Shown one piece after another: positions 52,009 through 54,558 of a stretch of DNA of 54,558 nt (positions are counted from its first letter, which is position 1; each line of letters opens with the position of its first letter). Both the position numbers and the translations under genes were made by a program. Below the pieces are notes generated by a model. That model saw only the letters and a list, made by a program, of their open reading frames with translations. It ran no database searches and was not told the origin of the DNA. The DNA lies in the NCBI GenBank assembly GCA_964624685.1, contig CAZUYA010000005.1, positions 1 to 54,558 on the forward strand. The letters are read 5' to 3'. Source of the stretch: an uncultured Ruminococcus sp. (lineage in GTDB: Bacteria; Bacillota; Clostridia; Oscillospirales; CAG-272).

Positions 52009-52830
52009 ATGAATACGGAAATTTGTATATTTAATAGCAAAATCAAGTCTTTAAGTATTGAAGACGTGAAGAATAAAATTATAAACGGAGATTGTCTTGA
52101 GGTAATGAAAACTTTACCGGATAAATCTATTGATATTATTATTACATCACCACCATACAATTTGCTCAATTCAACAGGAAATGGCTTAAAGAAAAATACA
52201 AATTGTGGTAAATGGAAAAATGCTGCCATTAAAGATGGTTACAAAGATTATAATGATAATATGCCGTATCCCGAATATATTGAATGGCAAAAAGCTTGTG
52301 TTGCTGAAATGTATAGGCTTATCAAAGATGATGGTGCTATATTTTACAACAATAAAAATAGAGTTCAAGCGGGATTATTACAAGACAGAAGAGAAATCGT
52401 AAAAGATTTTCCTTTAAGACAAATTATAACGTGGAAAAGAAGCGGTGCAATTAATTTTAATGCAGGATATTTCCTGCCCACAACAGAACAAATATACATA
52501 ATCTGTAATAAGGATTTCAAATTAAGAAAAGGTGCTAACAAGTTTACAGATGTTTGGGAAATTAAGCAGGAAATGAATAATCCGCATCCTGCTCCATTCC
52601 CCGAAGAATTGATTGACAGAATTGTAAATAGCACAGAGGGTTCTGTAGTTTTAGATCCTTTTGGTGGCTCTGGAACAACGGCGGTTTCAAGTATAAAAGA
52701 TAATAAGAATTTTATATTGATTGAAAAGTCAATGACATATTGTAAAATGGCAAAAGCGAGAATAGAAGGGAAAGGAGATTGGAGAAATGGCACAGACAAT
52801 ACATCAGAAAATAGAAAGAACTCCGTTTAA
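52009..52830 (+). CDS. Beta-class N4/N6 DNA methyltransferase (SPPY motif, likely m4C)
   Basis: Motif IV IIITSPPYN precedes motif I LDPFGGSGTT, the PF01555-type order. The start is re-called to MNTEICIF because the -10 box at 51964-51969 lies inside the longer ORF. Confidence 0.8.
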   Translation: MNTEICIFNSKIKSLSIEDVKNKIINGDCLEVMKTLPDKSIDIIITSPPYNLLNSTGNGLKKNTNCGKWKNAAIKDGYKDYNDNMPYPEYIEWQKACVAEMYRLIKDDGAIFYNNKNRVQAGLLQDRREIVKDFPLRQIITWKRSGAINFNAGYFLPTTEQIYIICNKDFKLRKGANKFTDVWEIKQEMNNPHPAPFPEELIDRIVNSTEGSVVLDPFGGSGTTAVSSIKDNKNFILIEKSMTYCKMAKARIEGKGDWRNGTDNTSENRKNSV

Positions 52831-53860
52831 GAATATTTATTGGTTTGCTAGACACTTATTAAACACAGATCAATATGGTGCTTTGGGAAAAGCAAAGGAG
52901 ACACAATTACTTGGAGCAATTTCTGTATTAGAGAACATTATGGCACAAACAGAGATAACAGAATGTGAAAAACTTCTTGTTTGTAAAAATACACTATCTA
53001 CAGAAATTAAAGGAATGGTAAAACAAGGTACAAAAAATGCTAACCTTGCCCTTAATTTAATTGATACTCTTGATAAAGAAATAAAAACATTAGAGGATGT
53101 TGTAGTTTTCTGTATTACAATGAAATATATAGTAGCACCTATAAACCAAGCGATTGCCACTGTTCCTTCTGATGATGCAGAATTTTGCAAAAAAGCAGCA
53201 ACAAATATTTTAAGTACATTGGGCGAAGAAAAAGCAGGGCTTGTTATTGAAACATGGGACAATTTGGGGGTTAAGGGTTGTTTAGATGCTGAAAGAACTG
53301 CTGTCGTAGAAGCCTTTACGCATCTCATTGATAATTTATTATCATTAGATATTATAAAACACGATAGTATGGACGATAACCTGATTTTAACTGCATTCGT
53401 ACAAGAGTTTGAAAGAAGATTAGGACAGAAAAGAAAATCAAGGGGAGGTAATTCATTAGAAACAGTTGTTTCATTCCTTTTTGACTACTATAAATTCCCA
53501 TCAACAGAAGCACCAAGTCATTTTGACCAAGATTTAGAAGTTGATAAATGGTTCAAGTGTAAAGATGGATGGAGTGTTGGTATAAGCTGCAAAAGAACAT
53601 TAAGAGAAAGATGGAAGCAGGTAAGTCAGGCAGATAGAGGTACATTATCACATTTTAAAATAAAAGAACTATGGCATATAATAACTTATGATAAGGACTT
53701 GTCTGATGATAAAATTGTACGTTTGGGAGAGCAAGGTCAAATCTTTTATTTAATGGATAGTAGCAACACATATCAAAAGTGTTCTGAACATATTGGAATG
53801 AAAAACTATGTAAGACCTTTATCAAATTTTATTTCGGATATAAGAAGCAATATAAAATAA
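52787..53860 (+). CDS. Putative Type II restriction endonuclease partner (357 aa)
   Basis: It overlaps the methyltransferase 3' end by 44 nt, with GGAGA 8 nt before the ATG. The C-terminal region RKSRGGNSLE...DQDLEVDKWF...VGISCKRTLRERWKQ resembles PD-(D/E)xK REase cores. The N-terminal ~200 aa are unassigned. Confidence 0.55.
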   Translation: MAQTIHQKIERTPFKNIYWFARHLLNTDQYGALGKAKETQLLGAISVLENIMAQTEITECEKLLVCKNTLSTEIKGMVKQGTKNANLALNLIDTLDKEIKTLEDVVVFCITMKYIVAPINQAIATVPSDDAEFCKKAATNILSTLGEEKAGLVIETWDNLGVKGCLDAERTAVVEAFTHLIDNLLSLDIIKHDSMDDNLILTAFVQEFERRLGQKRKSRGGNSLETVVSFLFDYYKFPSTEAPSHFDQDLEVDKWFKCKDGWSVGISCKRTLRERWKQVSQADRGTLSHFKIKELWHIITYDKDLSDDKIVRLGEQGQIFYLMDSSNTYQKCSEHIGMKNYVRPLSNFISDIRSNIK

Positions 53861-53934
53861 GATATTTAATAGCAAGCACAGCAAATGAGTACCCATTTGC
53901 GAAAAATATAATTTGAAATAGCATTTAAGTTAAG

Positions 53935-53972
53935 GGAATTTAAGCCAAAGAACGAGCTTAAATTCCTTTTTT
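53935..53972 (+). terminator. Rho-independent terminator after the R gene
   Basis: GGAATTTAAGC, 10-nt loop, GCTTAAATTCC, then TTTTTTC. Confidence 0.8.
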
Positions 53973-54090
53973 CAAAATTGTATTTAAAGTGGTTTGTTTT
54001 TGTTAATGGTATTATGTTTTCTTTGCCTTAAAAATGAAAAAAGCGTCAAAAATAAACACTAAAACAGCTTGTTTTTTGCGATATACAGTT

Positions 54091-54120
54091 TTATTATTTT
54101 AGTAATTATTATTTTAGTAA
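54091..54120 (+). repeat. Exact tandem duplication of a 15-mer
   Basis: TTATTATTTTAGTAA occurs twice in a row (54091-54105 and 54106-54120). Confidence 0.85.
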
Positions 54121-54153
54121 TAATTTAATAACGTGAAAAAAGGCTTTTGCTGT

Positions 54154-54184
54154 GGTGACAAATTGGTGACAGAGCTTACAAAAA
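54154..54184 (+). repeat. Right copy of the flanking direct repeat
   Basis: GGTGACAAATTGGTGACAGAGCTTACAAAAA has the same two GGTGACA heptamers 11 bp apart. Confidence 0.8.
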
Positions 54185-54348
54185 TAAATTATAAAGGATT
54201 ATATTAAGAAATCAGCCCTATTTCTCAAAACTATGATTTTAGGCTCTTTGCACAAGATAAGATATAAGTTGCCTATATAAAGTTATACTAAATTATTTTC
54301 CAATAAAAAATATTATAAAAATTGTTTGTAAAAAAGTGAAAAAAGGAC

Positions 54349-54377
54349 TTGACAAAGCCCCGAAAACAGTGTATAAT
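54349..54377 (+). promoter_or_regulatory. Perfect-consensus promoter for tRNA-Ser
   Basis: TTGACA (54349-54354), 17 nt, TATAAT (54372-54377). Confidence 0.75.
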
Positions 54378-54421
54378 ATTGATTGTCGTAATCTTGAAAT
54401 TCGGCGATTGCGGCAGTACAC

Positions 54422-54513
54422 GGAGAAGTACTCAAGAGGCCGAAGAGGCGCCCCTGCTAAGGGTGTAGGTCGGTTATCCCGGCGCGAGAGTTCAAATCTC
54501 TCCTTCTCCGCCA
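54422..54513 (+). tRNA. tRNA-Ser (anticodon GCU), class II with a long variable arm, CCA encoded
   Basis: Acceptor GGAGAAG pairs with CTTCTCC. Anticodon stem CGCCC/GGGTG with loop CTGCTAA. T-arm GAGAG-TTCAAAT-CTCTC. Discriminator G followed by CCA. Confidence 0.9.
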
Positions 54514-54558
54514 AAAGCGAATAATACGAACACCGAGCAAAATTCGGGGTTCGTATTA

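Larger units (their letters stand above)
51700..54340. other. Low-GC insertion carrying a methyltransferase/endonuclease pair (putative horizontally acquired R-M cassette)
   Basis: Hand-counted 60-nt lines give 13/60 GC at 52021-52080 and 20/60 at 53401-53460, against 30/60 at 50941-51000 in the flank. Confidence 0.7.

Noticed and set aside
54293-54524. Two ORF-track entries (54293-54514 minus strand and 54336-54524 plus strand)
   Set aside because: Both overlap the tRNA-Ser gene and its promoter. They are artefacts of the tRNA sequence.
1-54558. CRISPR arrays, rRNA genes, IS elements, integrases, prophage blocks and toxin-antitoxin pairs
   Set aside because: I found no spaced direct-repeat arrays, no transposase or recombinase motifs, and no phage structural genes on either strand. 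The only clearly foreign segment is the R-M island at 51.7-54.3 kb.

Overview
This 54.6-kb window is mostly core chromosome from a mid-GC, Gram-positive, Clostridia-like genome. Hand counts give about 50% GC. The taxon is inferred from gene content, strong GGAGG-type Shine-Dalgarno (SD) sites and many TTGACA-17-TATAAT promoters. The window opens inside rplJ-rplL and ends at a tRNA-Ser(GCU) gene. I support about 42 protein genes. They include a cytoplasmic beta-helix protein with a DMT permease and an AraC regulator, a phosphohexomutase, and an ABC exporter carrying an N-terminal Zn-ribbon module next to a DUF1854-like gene. Further on are a sugar-phosphate isomerase with a Gfo/Idh/MocA oxidoreductase, then an XRE/S24 repressor with an ABC-F protein and an ABC exporter, opposite a small sigma-region-4-like gene. 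Then come a GT28 glycosyltransferase, a Ca-type P-ATPase, a CrtI-like flavoprotein, a nitrilase-superfamily/GDPD fusion, DUF1538 with a tandem PII-like protein, OadB with an OadG-like protein, NifS, DUF4830, RodA, ProS and FtsK. The last stretch holds GH2, an Eda-VOC fusion with KdgK, TauE, a ptsH-ptsI-crr-EIICB operon, Nth, a DEDDh exonuclease, and a low-GC methyltransferase/endonuclease cassette. I saw no rRNA, CRISPR array, transposase or integrase. The three most interesting observations are these. (1) A phage-type switch at 12.66-12.95 kb has two near-consensus promoters placed face-to-face, each with the same operator-like 12-mer in its spacer, and a third copy lies in a leader. No prophage is nearby. 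(2) A roughly 2.6-kb island of about 22-33% GC (51.7-54.3 kb) carries an overlapping M/R gene pair. It is bracketed by imperfect direct repeats that each contain GGTGACA-N4-GGTGACA, and it sits beside the tRNA-Ser gene. (3) Several conserved but uncharacterised modules are present: DUF1538 with tandem PII; Zn-ribbon ABC with DUF1854; the C-N hydrolase-GDPD fusion. Many ORF-track starts lie too far upstream, so I re-called them from SD spacing and promoter positions. All family assignments come from motif recognition only and no searches were run.
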